In this document: positions 1 through 8,588 of the stretch, piece after piece
How the letters are laid out: each line of letters opens with the position of its first letter
How positions within the stretch are numbered: position 1 is the stretch's first letter
DNA from: an uncultured virus (IMG/VR IMGVR_UViG_3300032092_001856)
Taxonomy: Duplodnaviria > Heunggongvirae > Uroviricota > Caudoviricetes
Virus record (IMG/VR): IMGVR_UViG_3300032092_001856
Length of the DNA stretch: 20,000 nucleotides
Direction: 5' to 3' (one strand)
Notes under the pieces: generated by a model
Database searches by the model: none
What the model was told of the DNA's origin: nothing
What the model saw: the letters and a program-made list of their open reading frames with translations, nothing else
Made by a program: the position numbers and the translations under genes

Positions 1-570
1 ATAATATTCATTCCATTGTTCTTTAGAATAGTTTAGGTATTTGTTATTGCCTTTGGTAAAATTGTCGTATAAGAACTGTAGTTGAACATTTACATTTTTA
101 TGTTTAAGAATGTTATAACATTCGTGTTGTTTTGCCCAGTTTTCAGGAGTCACTGCAACATAGACTGTAGAGTTTATATGCTTGTTAACAGCGTTCACAA
201 CATTTAAAAAATGATCAAAGTCTTCTGTAGCATGATAGGTAAGAGATAGATCATACAGGTTAGGAGCCATGTGTGTCCACTGCTCTATACTGGCTTGGCC
301 GTTAGATATTAATTTAAACTTAATTCTAGAATCTTTGTTAGATAGAATAACGTATTGTAAGGCTAGACTAAGTGTAGGTTCGCCACCATTGACATCTATT
401 CTAACATTAGAGAACGCCTGACTTTGATCAACTAAGTGAGCAAATGCCAGGCTGAGTTTGTCATGGTCCGGAAATAAGTTATTACCTGCTTTTAATTCCC
501 AACTGCAGTAGGAACAATCTAAGTTACAACTATTGCCAAGACTCCATTCTATTTGTAGTGTATCCGTCAC
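1..570 (-). CDS. Radical SAM protein (runs off window start)
   Basis: Hand translation from GTG at 570 (GTGA overlap with the HNH stop) is open to base 1. It reads MTDTLQIEWSLGNSCNLDCSYC... with CxxxCxxC and GGEPT motifs. Not in the ORF track. Confidence 0.9.
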   Translation of the reverse strand, partial: MTDTLQIEWSLGNSCNLDCSYCSWELKAGNNLFPDHDKLSLAFAHLVDQSQAFSNVRIDVNGGEPTLSLALQYVILSNKDSRIKFKLISNGQASIEQWTHMAPNLYDLSLTYHATEDFDHFLNVVNAVNKHINSTVYVAVTPENWAKQHECYNILKHKNVNVQLQFLYDNFTKGNNKYLNYSKEQWNEYY

Positions 571-1079
571 CTTAAGTACTCAAGCCATTCACTATGCCTT
601 ACTTGAAAAGGCATTGCTTTACGCTTATTTACTAGTTCGTAGAAGCTGGGCTTGTGTGGCTTAAACTTAGGAACAATCTTTTTATTATTACCTTTGCTGG
701 CATTGCAGGGACCGCAGGCGGTAACACAGTTTTCAAATGTAGTCTTACCACCTAGACTGGTTGGTAGTACATGATCTAATGTACAGTGTTTCTTTTCTAG
801 ATTGCAGCCACAATAGGCACAGTGATAGTTGTCACGCAGAAATACATTGCTTTTACTAAATCGAATAGCTATTTTAGGTTTCATGTACTCTTTGAGAATA
901 ACAATACTAGGTACAGCAGTTTCCCAGCGAGCTGATCTTACAATCCAATTATCGTGCCAAGCTAATACTGTGGCTTTATCTAAGACCATGTATTTGATTG
1001 CGTCCTGCCAAGTAATTGTACTAAGCGGCAGAAAGCTGACTGGTGCGCCGGTGGCGTTGAGTAATAGCGTATCTGACAT
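567..1079 (-). CDS. HNH endonuclease (McrA-like/HNH_5 type)
   Basis: RDNYHCAYCG...TLDHVLPTSLGGKTTFENCVTACGPCNASKGN; N-terminal LLLNA..PL..I.WQ.AI typical of this family. Confidence 0.93.
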   Translation of the reverse strand: MSDTLLLNATGAPVSFLPLSTITWQDAIKYMVLDKATVLAWHDNWIVRSARWETAVPSIVILKEYMKPKIAIRFSKSNVFLRDNYHCAYCGCNLEKKHCTLDHVLPTSLGGKTTFENCVTACGPCNASKGNNKKIVPKFKPHKPSFYELVNKRKAMPFQVRHSEWLEYLR

Positions 1080-1138
1080 TTTGGGTAATCATTTCTTTAT
1101 TGTACGAAACAGCTTGTATTATACAGCCGTTTAGGTAT

Positions 1139-1687
1139 TTACGCAAGTAATTTTTGAACAAATTCCGAACCAGAATGCTCAATAGAGCTAGTCCATTGGT
1201 CTGTTCCGTCTAGTCCAAAAACTCCTTCTTGCGTTGGAGTTGCTGTTAGCCAACTGAACGCATGATTGTAAGGGCTTACACCGTTAAGTTCATTTTCTAG
1301 TTGGTCCGGAGTCCATGCACATAATCCAACTATGAGTCTCCAGTAGTTTGGACAGTCGCCCATTGCTAGTCTCTGCAATAGATCTGCGTGTGAACTAATA
1401 CTAAACTGATTATTAATTTGCATTGTGTTTTCACAAGCCCATTCTGCACTATGTATCATAGTAAGAGCTTTTACATTAACTGGACCACCTACATACATAA
1501 ATCCGTCAATGTCGCAATCTACATTGCAATTTTGTGCAAACTCTCTAATGGGCATTTTACTAACTTTATTAAGCACTAGCCCCATACTACCGCGGGCATG
1601 ATTCTCTGTAACATAGATTACAGTCTTTTGCCAAAAGTTTCCCCTCACACTAGGAGGAGCAATTAAAAGTTTACCAGTTAAATTCAT
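1139..1687 (-). CDS. yqgE: YqgE/AlgH (DUF179) family protein
   Basis: GKLLIAPP...F.KTVIY...H...GSMGLVLNK...YVGGPV...G.CAW..QLE.EL...W pattern. Confidence 0.88.
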   Translation of the reverse strand: MNLTGKLLIAPPSVRGNFWQKTVIYVTENHARGSMGLVLNKVSKMPIREFAQNCNVDCDIDGFMYVGGPVNVKALTMIHSAEWACENTMQINNQFSISSHADLLQRLAMGDCPNYWRLIVGLCAWTPDQLENELNGVSPYNHAFSWLTATPTQEGVFGLDGTDQWTSSIEHSGSEFVQKLLA

Positions 1688-2571
1688 TATGCAAATCTTT
1701 GTATAGAACTCTTTACGTCAGCGATAGTAATGGATCCATCTTTGTTTTTATCCAAACCTTTATTTTGTTTGTACACCAAATCACTACTTAGGTTTGTTCC
1801 CGGTACTTTGCCGCCGCCTTGTTGTCCTAGTACAAAATCATCAGGATACCCAACAAACTTAGGCATAAACACTGCCATATATAAATCACCTAGATCCATT
1901 CCTGGTCTAACACCTACCATTTTAAAATACTTGTAGACATAGTCTAGTTGTTCAACTGCAGACATTCCTCGTAATGCTTCTACACTAGTTCCTAATGATC
2001 TAGCTGTGTCTGGCATAAACTGTATAAGTCCTGTAGCTCCTGACTGTTTGTTAACAGCTGCCGGATCAACTCTAGACTCCATTTTCATAATAGCTAATAA
2101 ATTTTTACTGCTTACACCTAATGCATCTGCAATCTTATCTAACTTTTTATTAAAATTAGGATCTTGAATTGCACTAGTATCTATACTACTTGCACTAGGT
2201 GCTGCTTTAACATCTGCAGGTGTACTTTTAATTAGCTTACCAGCAACATCAGGTTTTGATTTTAGAACGTCATTTAATTTAGCAACTGTGGCAGGTCCCG
2301 GATCTCCATCAACTGTTAATCCGTTATCTGTTTGAAACTTCTTAACTGCATCCACAGTCTCCGGGCCACGGATTCCATCAACGCCATGCTTTGGTAGAGG
2401 ATAACCTAATGCAATCAAAGCTTTCTGTACATCTGCTACTTCTGTGCCACGACGACCTTTAGGAACATCTACAGTAAATGATCCTAATTTATCTTTAGTT
2501 CTAGGAGCACCGGGTTCAGATCCAGACGGTCCAAACTTTTCATTTATAATTTTAAATTCGTTAAATCTCAT
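1687..2571 (-). CDS. Peptidoglycan-binding domain + lytic transglycosylase (SLT-like)
   Basis: VADVQKALIALGY...DGIRGPETVDAVKKFQ..NGLTVDG..GPAT (PG_binding_1); MKMES..DP.AVN..SGATGLIQFMPDTA (catalytic Glu, GLxQ). Confidence 0.92.
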   Translation of the reverse strand: MRFNEFKIINEKFGPSGSEPGAPRTKDKLGSFTVDVPKGRRGTEVADVQKALIALGYPLPKHGVDGIRGPETVDAVKKFQTDNGLTVDGDPGPATVAKLNDVLKSKPDVAGKLIKSTPADVKAAPSASSIDTSAIQDPNFNKKLDKIADALGVSSKNLLAIMKMESRVDPAAVNKQSGATGLIQFMPDTARSLGTSVEALRGMSAVEQLDYVYKYFKMVGVRPGMDLGDLYMAVFMPKFVGYPDDFVLGQQGGGKVPGTNLSSDLVYKQNKGLDKNKDGSITIADVKSSIQRFA

Positions 2572-2834
2572 TTGCGTGTGCCCCAGTCTGGTATCTTGCC
2601 ACCATATTTCTTGCCTTTAACTTTATGTCCGCCCATGGTCATACGACTCTCTGGGCCTTTACCCATTAAGTGACTTTTGTTGCCTTCTCGGCGGCGCAGG
2701 CCTTGACTCTTACATGATGCAAGATTACTGGCCCCTAAATCATTGTTAGGCTTAGTGCTTAAACATAGCTTTCTACTGGCTTTTTCGTCAATAGCGTCTA
2801 GTTCTTCGTCTGTAATAAATTCGTTAATTAGCAT
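2568..2834 (-). CDS. Small basic phage protein, possible internal virion protein
   Basis: ORF overlapping the next gene (ATGA); AATAAATA late-type motif just upstream; N-terminus MLINEFITDEE followed by a Lys/Arg/Gly-rich body. Confidence 0.7.
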   Translation of the reverse strand: MLINEFITDEELDAIDEKASRKLCLSTKPNNDLGASNLASCKSQGLRRREGNKSHLMGKGPESRMTMGGHKVKGKKYGGKIPDWGTRK

Positions 2835-2840
2835 AATACG

Positions 2841-2848
2841 TATTTATT
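2841..2848 (-). promoter_or_regulatory. T4-type late promoter-like motif (AATAAATA)
   Basis: One mismatch to TATAAATA, 6 nt upstream of the 2834 ATG in a short intergenic gap. Confidence 0.55.
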
Positions 2849-2851
2849 GTA

Positions 2852-3682
2852 TTAGGCTTCAAGGTCGATCCATTCGTATACGTTAAGCCACTTGCGTTTG
2901 CCTATTGTAGCTTTTAAGTGTTTAAGATCTGCACAGGTGCGTTGTCTAAATCGTGGTTTTTCGCTATCGGGCATGGGAATTGTACGTATTTCTACACCTT
3001 CTTGTTCTGCAATAGCTTCTGCAATATCTAGAAATGAATGCGATAGTCCAGAGCCTACATTCCATATGCCACTGCCCACAACAGTTTTCATAAAGTCTAA
3101 CTGTAGCTGACAGATATCTCCAACCCAAGTCCAATCTCTAAACACATGTTCTGCGTTGTCCCATACTTCAATGTAGCCATCTTTCTTGGCCTGCTGGCGC
3201 CATTTGTAGATAGCGTTAGCACGTCGGCCTCTTAGGTGCATCCACTTGCCGTAGACGTTATGGTATCTAAAACCCTGCACCATAATGTGCTGTTCTTGTT
3301 GAAAGACCCACCGATCAAATAGATACTTGCTCCATGCGTAGGCTGTTTGTGGATAGCAAGGTGCATACTCACTAGTGTCTTTAGTATTGCCGTAGACGCT
3401 GGATGAACTGGCATACTGTAAGTGTACACTGTGTTTGTTACATTCATTAAATAGACGCTGACTGAACTCTAGATTTTGTTGTAGTACTTTGTCTACATCC
3501 GTTTCGGTCATGTCTGCAATAGCACCTAGATGTATGACCCAGTTATAGGTTCGAACATCCGGAAACTCGTTAGGATTCCAGTCCCACCCATCTACTTGCC
3601 AGTCAGGTTGATGGTTTAAAAACGCCATCATGTTCTTGCCAATGAATCCTTCTGAGCCTGTTATTAACACTTTCATAAACAC
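2852..3682 (-). CDS. hldD: ADP-L-glycero-D-manno-heptose 6-epimerase-like NAD-dependent epimerase
   Basis: ITGSEGFIG Rossmann motif, HLGA, YASSSSVYG, YAWSK (YxxxK), FRYHNVYG, RD..V.D, GIWNVGSG. Confidence 0.85.
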   Translation of the reverse strand: MFMKVLITGSEGFIGKNMMAFLNHQPDWQVDGWDWNPNEFPDVRTYNWVIHLGAIADMTETDVDKVLQQNLEFSQRLFNECNKHSVHLQYASSSSVYGNTKDTSEYAPCYPQTAYAWSKYLFDRWVFQQEQHIMVQGFRYHNVYGKWMHLRGRRANAIYKWRQQAKKDGYIEVWDNAEHVFRDWTWVGDICQLQLDFMKTVVGSGIWNVGSGLSHSFLDIAEAIAEQEGVEIRTIPMPDSEKPRFRQRTCADLKHLKATIGKRKWLNVYEWIDLEA

Positions 3683-3694
3683 CTCTACTGGAGG

Positions 3695-3702
3695 TATTTA
3701 TA
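3695..3702 (-). promoter_or_regulatory. T4-type late promoter (TATAAATA)
   Basis: Exact TATAAATA on the minus strand between the HNH-like gene and the epimerase RBS (GAGGTG). Confidence 0.65.
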
Positions 3703-3710
3703 GATAAGAA

Positions 3711-4181
3711 TTAGCTAAAATAAGTTTTTAGCATTCCTTGATAGAAGCTGTCAAGTTCTTCTCGATTTGACATATCGCTTTTAAATTGATTTGCTTTTCG
3801 ACTAACAACTACGTAATTAGACAGCTCATCTTTGCCGCCATTACTCCTAGCAAGACGATGATCTAATGTAGGTTGATAGAAGCCTTCATCATTGTTTACA
3901 CTAGGGTTGAACACTCGGTTAAGTCCTCGGCCATAATCTAACGGAGTTCCGAATACTGGACATACATCAGGACAAACTTTAGCTAGGTCAATTTTGTCAC
4001 AAGGCCAATCTACTCCATAGGCCCAAATTAGTTTAAGAAATCTAGTTTGATTTTTACTAGATTTAAATTTCTCAAACAACAACTCAGATCCGTAAGTAGC
4101 TTGATCATAGTATGGATGAAACACTCTCGAAGAAAGGGCAGTGTGCCCTTCCTCCGTAAGCATGATTAGCTTATTCGGCAT
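3711..4181 (-). CDS. HNH-like nuclease
   Basis: CPVFG...PTLDHRLARSNGG...NYVVVSRKANQFKSD resembles the H-N-N beta-beta-alpha-Me core. Likely start is ATG 4181 (MPNK), overlapping the upstream stop. Confidence 0.7.
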   Translation of the reverse strand: MPNKLIMLTEEGHTALSSRVFHPYYDQATYGSELLFEKFKSSKNQTRFLKLIWAYGVDWPCDKIDLAKVCPDVCPVFGTPLDYGRGLNRVFNPSVNNDEGFYQPTLDHRLARSNGGKDELSNYVVVSRKANQFKSDMSNREELDSFYQGMLKTYFS

Positions 4182-5694
4182 TGTCAAACTCATCCATTGC
4201 CATAGATAAGTTGTCTTCTTCGTCATCATCTACAGATACTAATGTAGCAAAGTTAGAAGCAACCACAGACTCATTAATTGCACTAGGTTTAAATGTACTG
4301 AAGTTCTTAACGCACTCAGTTGAAGTATAAGGCATATCCATTTCGAACAACTGACCGCCACTGCTGGCAACAGGTTCTAATTTAAGATTAAATCCTTTCT
4401 TACGACCAGGTTGTGAACGAATCCATGCTTCATGATTTTCAATTAATGTTTTAATAGCAGCCGCAATCATCAATCCGCGATTGCCTGTGTTAGTATAACG
4501 ATGGTCTTTCCATTGTGTATACTTGCCTTTTTCCTTTTGAGGGAACTGTACTTTTAACTGTGCATTAACTTCTGGCCACACACGTTGTGAACTGGCCCAC
4601 TTCTCTGCAAGGATCTCTGCAATGGCAACCATAGTTGCATCTGTTCTTGCTTTAGAAGCTTGGCTACTAAGCAATTCGATTAGACCCCAGACTGGTGCGT
4701 GATCAACACTGCCACCGGGCCATGCTTGGCGTACAATCTTTAGAGCCTTTTCAAACACTTCACGGTTCTTGTACTCGTTCTTACAGTAAGTTTTAAAATG
4801 CTTTTGGAACTGACTGGTAAGATTACTTTCTCCAGGTCCTGGCTCTGCGGCATTTGGAACAAGGGTTACATCGCAATTAGTTAAAATCTTATCTAAGTAA
4901 TAGCTAGGCTCGTCTTCTTTCTTTAAAGGAAGACCTGCTGATAACATTTCTTTACCTCGATTAACACGATTCTTATGAATGTCGTAATCGGTAATAGGCA
5001 GTACATCGCCGTTACATGCAATGAACTGATTAAAGTCAATATAGCTGAGTTCTTTAAGCGAGAAGCCTACAGGAGGAGTCATAACACCGTGGAACACTAA
5101 CGCCACGGTACCGTGATTACCATCATTGCCGTAGACTTTGTTTTCTAGACTAGAGAATCGACCTTTTGCACCAAATACTAGACTAGAGTCAAAGTTGCAT
5201 AACAGTTTAAAGATACGATCCAATGCAATCTCTCGTTGTGCTTTCATGTTTAACTTTAAGAAGCGAACATGTACAGGGATACCGCTCATGACAGCTTCGT
5301 CAAGATTAAAGGCGCCAAGTTGTAATCCATACAAAACATTCTTACCTGTTTCTGGATCAATAATTTTTTGAAATGCTCGCAATACTTGTGTAAAGGCTGT
5401 AATAAAATCAACAGCACCCATGTGCTCAAGAATCAATTTACCTTTGTTTACGTGCAGGGCAGGAATCTTAGCACGTTTAATAATGTCCATTTTACGGTCA
5501 TAGTCTTCTTGGGGAAGTTGGCTAACTGGAATTCGAAACTCCTTCGGGCCAAAGATAAATGCAAGGTCTTCACCAAATGCATCTGTAATTTCTTCTGGAA
5601 AACCGTATTCAATACTAGAACGCCAAGTGTTAATAACCTGTTGTGCAGTTGTGCCAAGACTAGCTGTTGTAGCCTGTGAAGGGTTAGTTGTCAT
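4171..5694 (-). CDS. 507-aa protein with ParB/Srx-like (DGQH-type) domain
   Basis: QREI..DRI.KL..NFD...YGNDGNHG resembles the QR...FD...DGQH signature of ParB-like families; AAAGG RBS upstream; acidic C-tail. Confidence 0.55.
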   Translation of the reverse strand: MTTNPSQATTASLGTTAQQVINTWRSSIEYGFPEEITDAFGEDLAFIFGPKEFRIPVSQLPQEDYDRKMDIIKRAKIPALHVNKGKLILEHMGAVDFITAFTQVLRAFQKIIDPETGKNVLYGLQLGAFNLDEAVMSGIPVHVRFLKLNMKAQREIALDRIFKLLCNFDSSLVFGAKGRFSSLENKVYGNDGNHGTVALVFHGVMTPPVGFSLKELSYIDFNQFIACNGDVLPITDYDIHKNRVNRGKEMLSAGLPLKKEDEPSYYLDKILTNCDVTLVPNAAEPGPGESNLTSQFQKHFKTYCKNEYKNREVFEKALKIVRQAWPGGSVDHAPVWGLIELLSSQASKARTDATMVAIAEILAEKWASSQRVWPEVNAQLKVQFPQKEKGKYTQWKDHRYTNTGNRGLMIAAAIKTLIENHEAWIRSQPGRKKGFNLKLEPVASSGGQLFEMDMPYTSTECVKNFSTFKPSAINESVVASNFATLVSVDDDEEDNLSMAMDEFDNAE

Positions 5695-5715
5695 ATATTA
5701 CCTTTAAGTTTGATT

Positions 5716-5743
5716 AAAAACGGGTGGGCACTTTTGCCCACCC
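5716..5743 (-). terminator. Intrinsic terminator-like hairpin in 5' leader
   Basis: Perfect 9-bp stem GGGTGGGCA-4 nt-TGCCCACCC (5722-5743) followed on the minus strand by GTTTTT. Confidence 0.7.
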
Positions 5744-5788
5744 TACCACGCTAGATTTGTACCGGAGTAACTCTCTCAACGTGCATCT

Positions 5789-5817
5789 AGTATAACACTA
5801 CAATAATCTAATGTCAA
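5789..5817 (-). promoter_or_regulatory. sigma70 promoter
   Basis: TTGACA (5817-5812), 17 bp, TATACT (5794-5789). Confidence 0.8.
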
Positions 5818-5825
5818 CAACTATT

Positions 5826-6872
5826 TTAACCAAAGTCAAACAAACGATCAAATTCGCTGTCTGTTTGTTCCATTGCACCGTAGTCTGTAGCTTCATGTAC
5901 TTCGCGTGGTACAAACAAACGGTCCATGTATTTTGGAATTTGCAGATGTTGCATGCCAATATTCTTGCCAAAGAACAGTCCACGTTGTTGCGGATTGGCT
6001 GCTCGTCTAACGGCACATACACATACATAATCTCTTTGAGCAAAGAAGTCATACAGTGCCTGTGGGGTGTAGCCGTATTGAGAACATTGCTTAGGAACAA
6101 TCTCTACTTGTACACTAGGACGATACTTGTCTATTGTAGCAGTAGCACCTTCTATAACAAACAACTCACTACCTTCTACGTCAATCTTAATAGCATCAAC
6201 ATCTTCAAAGCCATAGCTGTCAATAGTTCTGCAAGGCACCTGTACTACATGATCACTCTTTTTAATCTGCTTGTCATCATAGATAGCAAAGTTGTGTCCG
6301 CCGTGTTCAGGATGGTCTTGTATTCCTATAGTGCCGCTGTCTTTGTTAGTCAAGGCGCACTCGTGAACGGTAATGTTGCCACGAATGTTCATGCTCTGTG
6401 GAATACCCTTCCAAGTAAACCAACCGCCTTCTTCGTCGGGCTTGCGATTAACTGCACCTACTTCATCAGTGCCTTCCCAATAGACACCGTGTAGGTTGCT
6501 ACGTTTGGCTATTTCAATATTGGCTTTGAGCATGGTCAAAGTAGTCGGCGTGGGCTCAAACGATTCTACATGATCTGCCCATTCTGCATAGGCAATAGTG
6601 TTGTTACCTACATTGGCTCCAACATCTATAATACGTCTAGCCGTTGGATAGATGGTTCTTATTAGTCTAGAATTGTTGCCTTGATAGTAGACATTGTTAC
6701 CACTAAATCTAGGACCTTGCAGGTTATCAATTGCTAATAACCAATAGCATCTGCCAAATTTATTAATAACTAAACGGAATTTATCGTTTTGGTAAAGCCC
6801 GCTAGGTTCCGGGAATCCAAAAAGTTGCTCAAATTCTTGAGAGGTGACGGTGGCTGTAATTTTCTGCGGCAT
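5826..6872 (-). CDS. FkbM-family SAM-dependent methyltransferase
   Basis: IIDVGANVG, SFEPTP, IKIDVEGSE motifs; start ATG 6872 (MPQK) behind AGGAG. Confidence 0.9.
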   Translation of the reverse strand: MPQKITATVTSQEFEQLFGFPEPSGLYQNDKFRLVINKFGRCYWLLAIDNLQGPRFSGNNVYYQGNNSRLIRTIYPTARRIIDVGANVGNNTIAYAEWADHVESFEPTPTTLTMLKANIEIAKRSNLHGVYWEGTDEVGAVNRKPDEEGGWFTWKGIPQSMNIRGNITVHECALTNKDSGTIGIQDHPEHGGHNFAIYDDKQIKKSDHVVQVPCRTIDSYGFEDVDAIKIDVEGSELFVIEGATATIDKYRPSVQVEIVPKQCSQYGYTPQALYDFFAQRDYVCVCAVRRAANPQQRGLFFGKNIGMQHLQIPKYMDRLFVPREVHEATDYGAMEQTDSEFDRLFDFG

Positions 6873-6906
6873 ACTAGTTCTCCTTCTAATCAATGTTCGC
6901 GTAGAA

Positions 6907-6980
6907 TATTTATATACACTTTACTATGCAATAAAATTTCTGTCAAACTAATTGACTTTATCCAAATTATCCTATATAAT
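6907..6980. promoter_or_regulatory. Divergent promoter region at the strand switch
   Basis: Plus: TTGACT 6952-6957, 17 bp, TATAAT 6975-6980. Minus: TTGACA 6946-6941, 17 bp, TAAAGT, plus late motif TATAAATA 6914-6907. Confidence 0.75.
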
Positions 6981-7012
6981 AACACATCGTCAACTAAAAG
7001 AAAGTTTCCAAA

Positions 7013-7189
7013 ATGCGTTTACTGTTAGTTCCAGTCCTTTTGGTTCTATATGGTTGTGCAGGCTACCAACCATTATGTCCAGGTACTAGATCCTACGATC
7101 CGCAGGTATGCCGCGGAGAAAAGTTTCAAAGACTACCTAATTTTCAAAACGAAGCAATTATTAGACATCAACGTGGGGAGAGATGGTAA
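7013..7189 (+). CDS. Small lipoprotein (58 aa)
   Basis: Hand translation MRLLLVPVLLVLYGCAGYQPLCPGTRSYDPQVCRGEKFQRLPNFQNEAIIRHQRGERW*; signal peptide with lipobox LYGC; TAATG coupling to the next gene. Confidence 0.75.
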   Translation: MRLLLVPVLLVLYGCAGYQPLCPGTRSYDPQVCRGEKFQRLPNFQNEAIIRHQRGERW

Positions 7190-7539
7190 TGGAACAGGCA
7201 TTCAAAGAAATCACCAAATGGGATGACGGTGTAACTACTGTTAACCATACCTATCTGTTCAACGGTGACAAGGCAGTTGCCTACATTCGATATGGCACCA
7301 GCGAACCATTTTGGTTTAAGAATCCAATTAAGATTGACAAGCGTGGTCGCAAGTTTGAACAGGTTAGTAATGATTCATTTGCTCTGTCAATAAATGTCTT
7401 TACACCTAATAACATTAAAGAAGTAACAGGCAGTAATGGTACTAAGTACATTATTAATTTAGATGAGAATACCTGCACATGCCCGGGTTATACATATCGT
7501 GGCACTTGCAAACATGTTAAAGAATTGGAACCTGCATGA
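7189..7539 (+). CDS. SWIM zinc-finger protein
   Basis: C-terminal CTCPGYTYRGTCKH; preceding GS.G..Y.I motif. Confidence 0.8.
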   Translation: MEQAFKEITKWDDGVTTVNHTYLFNGDKAVAYIRYGTSEPFWFKNPIKIDKRGRKFEQVSNDSFALSINVFTPNNIKEVTGSNGTKYIINLDENTCTCPGYTYRGTCKHVKELEPA

Positions 7540-7733
7540 CTTGGACTGTATATTTGTTTTTAGTGTTGGGCAATCAAGTTATAGACATTATGCACATAGA
7601 CGAACGACATGACTCTAAAACTGTCTGCGAGTATCATGCCATTACAGCTAAAAACGCTATGGCTACTATGCTTTCAGCCTTAGGTGATCGTGTGCGGGTT
7701 GATCAGGTACTTTGGTCTTGTAAGGGAGAATAA
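7536..7733 (+). CDS. Hypothetical protein with hydrophobic N-terminus
   Basis: ATGA overlap with upstream gene; fills the gene-dense operon. Confidence 0.65.
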   Translation: MTWTVYLFLVLGNQVIDIMHIDERHDSKTVCEYHAITAKNAMATMLSALGDRVRVDQVLWSCKGE

Positions 7734-7734
7734 T

Positions 7735-8271
7735 ATGATAGTCAAATCATATGACTATTCTAGTTTAATCACAGACAACGATGAAGAAGATGCTTGCCAC
7801 ATTATTAAAGGCATAATCGACGCTGGCAATTACTTTACCAACAGTCCTCCGTTTCAAACCAACGAGAATTTGTTTGGTAGGTCTGAAGCAGTTTGGCTAA
7901 AGTATCGTATGACATTCCTAACCAGTGTGTTCCTCTACTTAGGTAAGGAACACAAAGTAGCCAATATGATGGCTTGGTCGTTTATGAGTAATAAAGACTC
8001 ACAACCAGATCCAGAAAAACTTTGGCATCATCATGACAAACACGGCATGAAAGGACTAAGTGGTATATTGTATTTGCATGTACCTGACATACACGCAGAG
8101 TCCGGAACAGAGATGGCTCCGAACGGTCCTAAGGGCGATGGCAAGTTTTTTGTAGGGCCAAACAAACACTCTTGGAATATCTATCCTAGTGAAACTTGGC
8201 ATAGGCCTGGCCCTATTAGAACTAACGACTATCGTTATACACTAGCAGTTGATGTAGGGTACTACGAATGA
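7735..8271 (+). CDS. Putative 2OG-Fe(II) oxygenase-like protein
   Basis: WHHHD...LSGILYL...GT...IYPS..WHRP...R.TLA double-stranded beta-helix pattern; GGAG RBS before ATG 7735. Confidence 0.65.
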   Translation: MIVKSYDYSSLITDNDEEDACHIIKGIIDAGNYFTNSPPFQTNENLFGRSEAVWLKYRMTFLTSVFLYLGKEHKVANMMAWSFMSNKDSQPDPEKLWHHHDKHGMKGLSGILYLHVPDIHAESGTEMAPNGPKGDGKFFVGPNKHSWNIYPSETWHRPGPIRTNDYRYTLAVDVGYYE

Positions 8272-8588
8272 ATATTACTGTTAAAAAAACTGACAAGAGA
8301 TTCACTGGCTCGGACATATTCCATTATGTTGTAGATATTAAAAATGGGTCTTTTCCTGTAATTGCTAATAGATTTAGTAAAGCTCAAAAACTCAAAAAGT
8401 TCCAAGAGGTTAGGGATTGGTGCATACAAACTTGGGGCATGAGTTGTGAGCGTGAACACTACTTACAACTGCTAGGGGATGAATATGATGTTAATAGTCA
8501 TTGGTGTTGGCACAGTGAGTTCTACGACACTAAGATCTATCTACGCTCGGACAAAGAGGCCAATTGGTTTAAATTGAAATGGCTATGA
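8268..8588 (+). CDS. FxL[RK]W-family small protein, copy 1
   Basis: VRDWC..TWG; ends KEANWFKLKWL. Confidence 0.8.
   Translation: MNITVKKTDKRFTGSDIFHYVVDIKNGSFPVIANRFSKAQKLKKFQEVRDWCIQTWGMSCEREHYLQLLGDEYDVNSHWCWHSEFYDTKIYLRSDKEANWFKLKWL

Noticed and set aside
567..1079. HNH as an intron-encoded homing endonuclease
   Set aside because: It is free-standing, translationally coupled to the radical SAM gene, with no split host gene visible.
5811..6494. 227-aa plus-strand ORF and other antisense or alternate-frame ORFs in the track (e.g. 829-1134, 5368-5679, 11045-11341, 16881-17216, 19263-19478)
   Set aside because: They are shadows of well-supported genes on the opposite strand and have no recognisable RBS or motifs.
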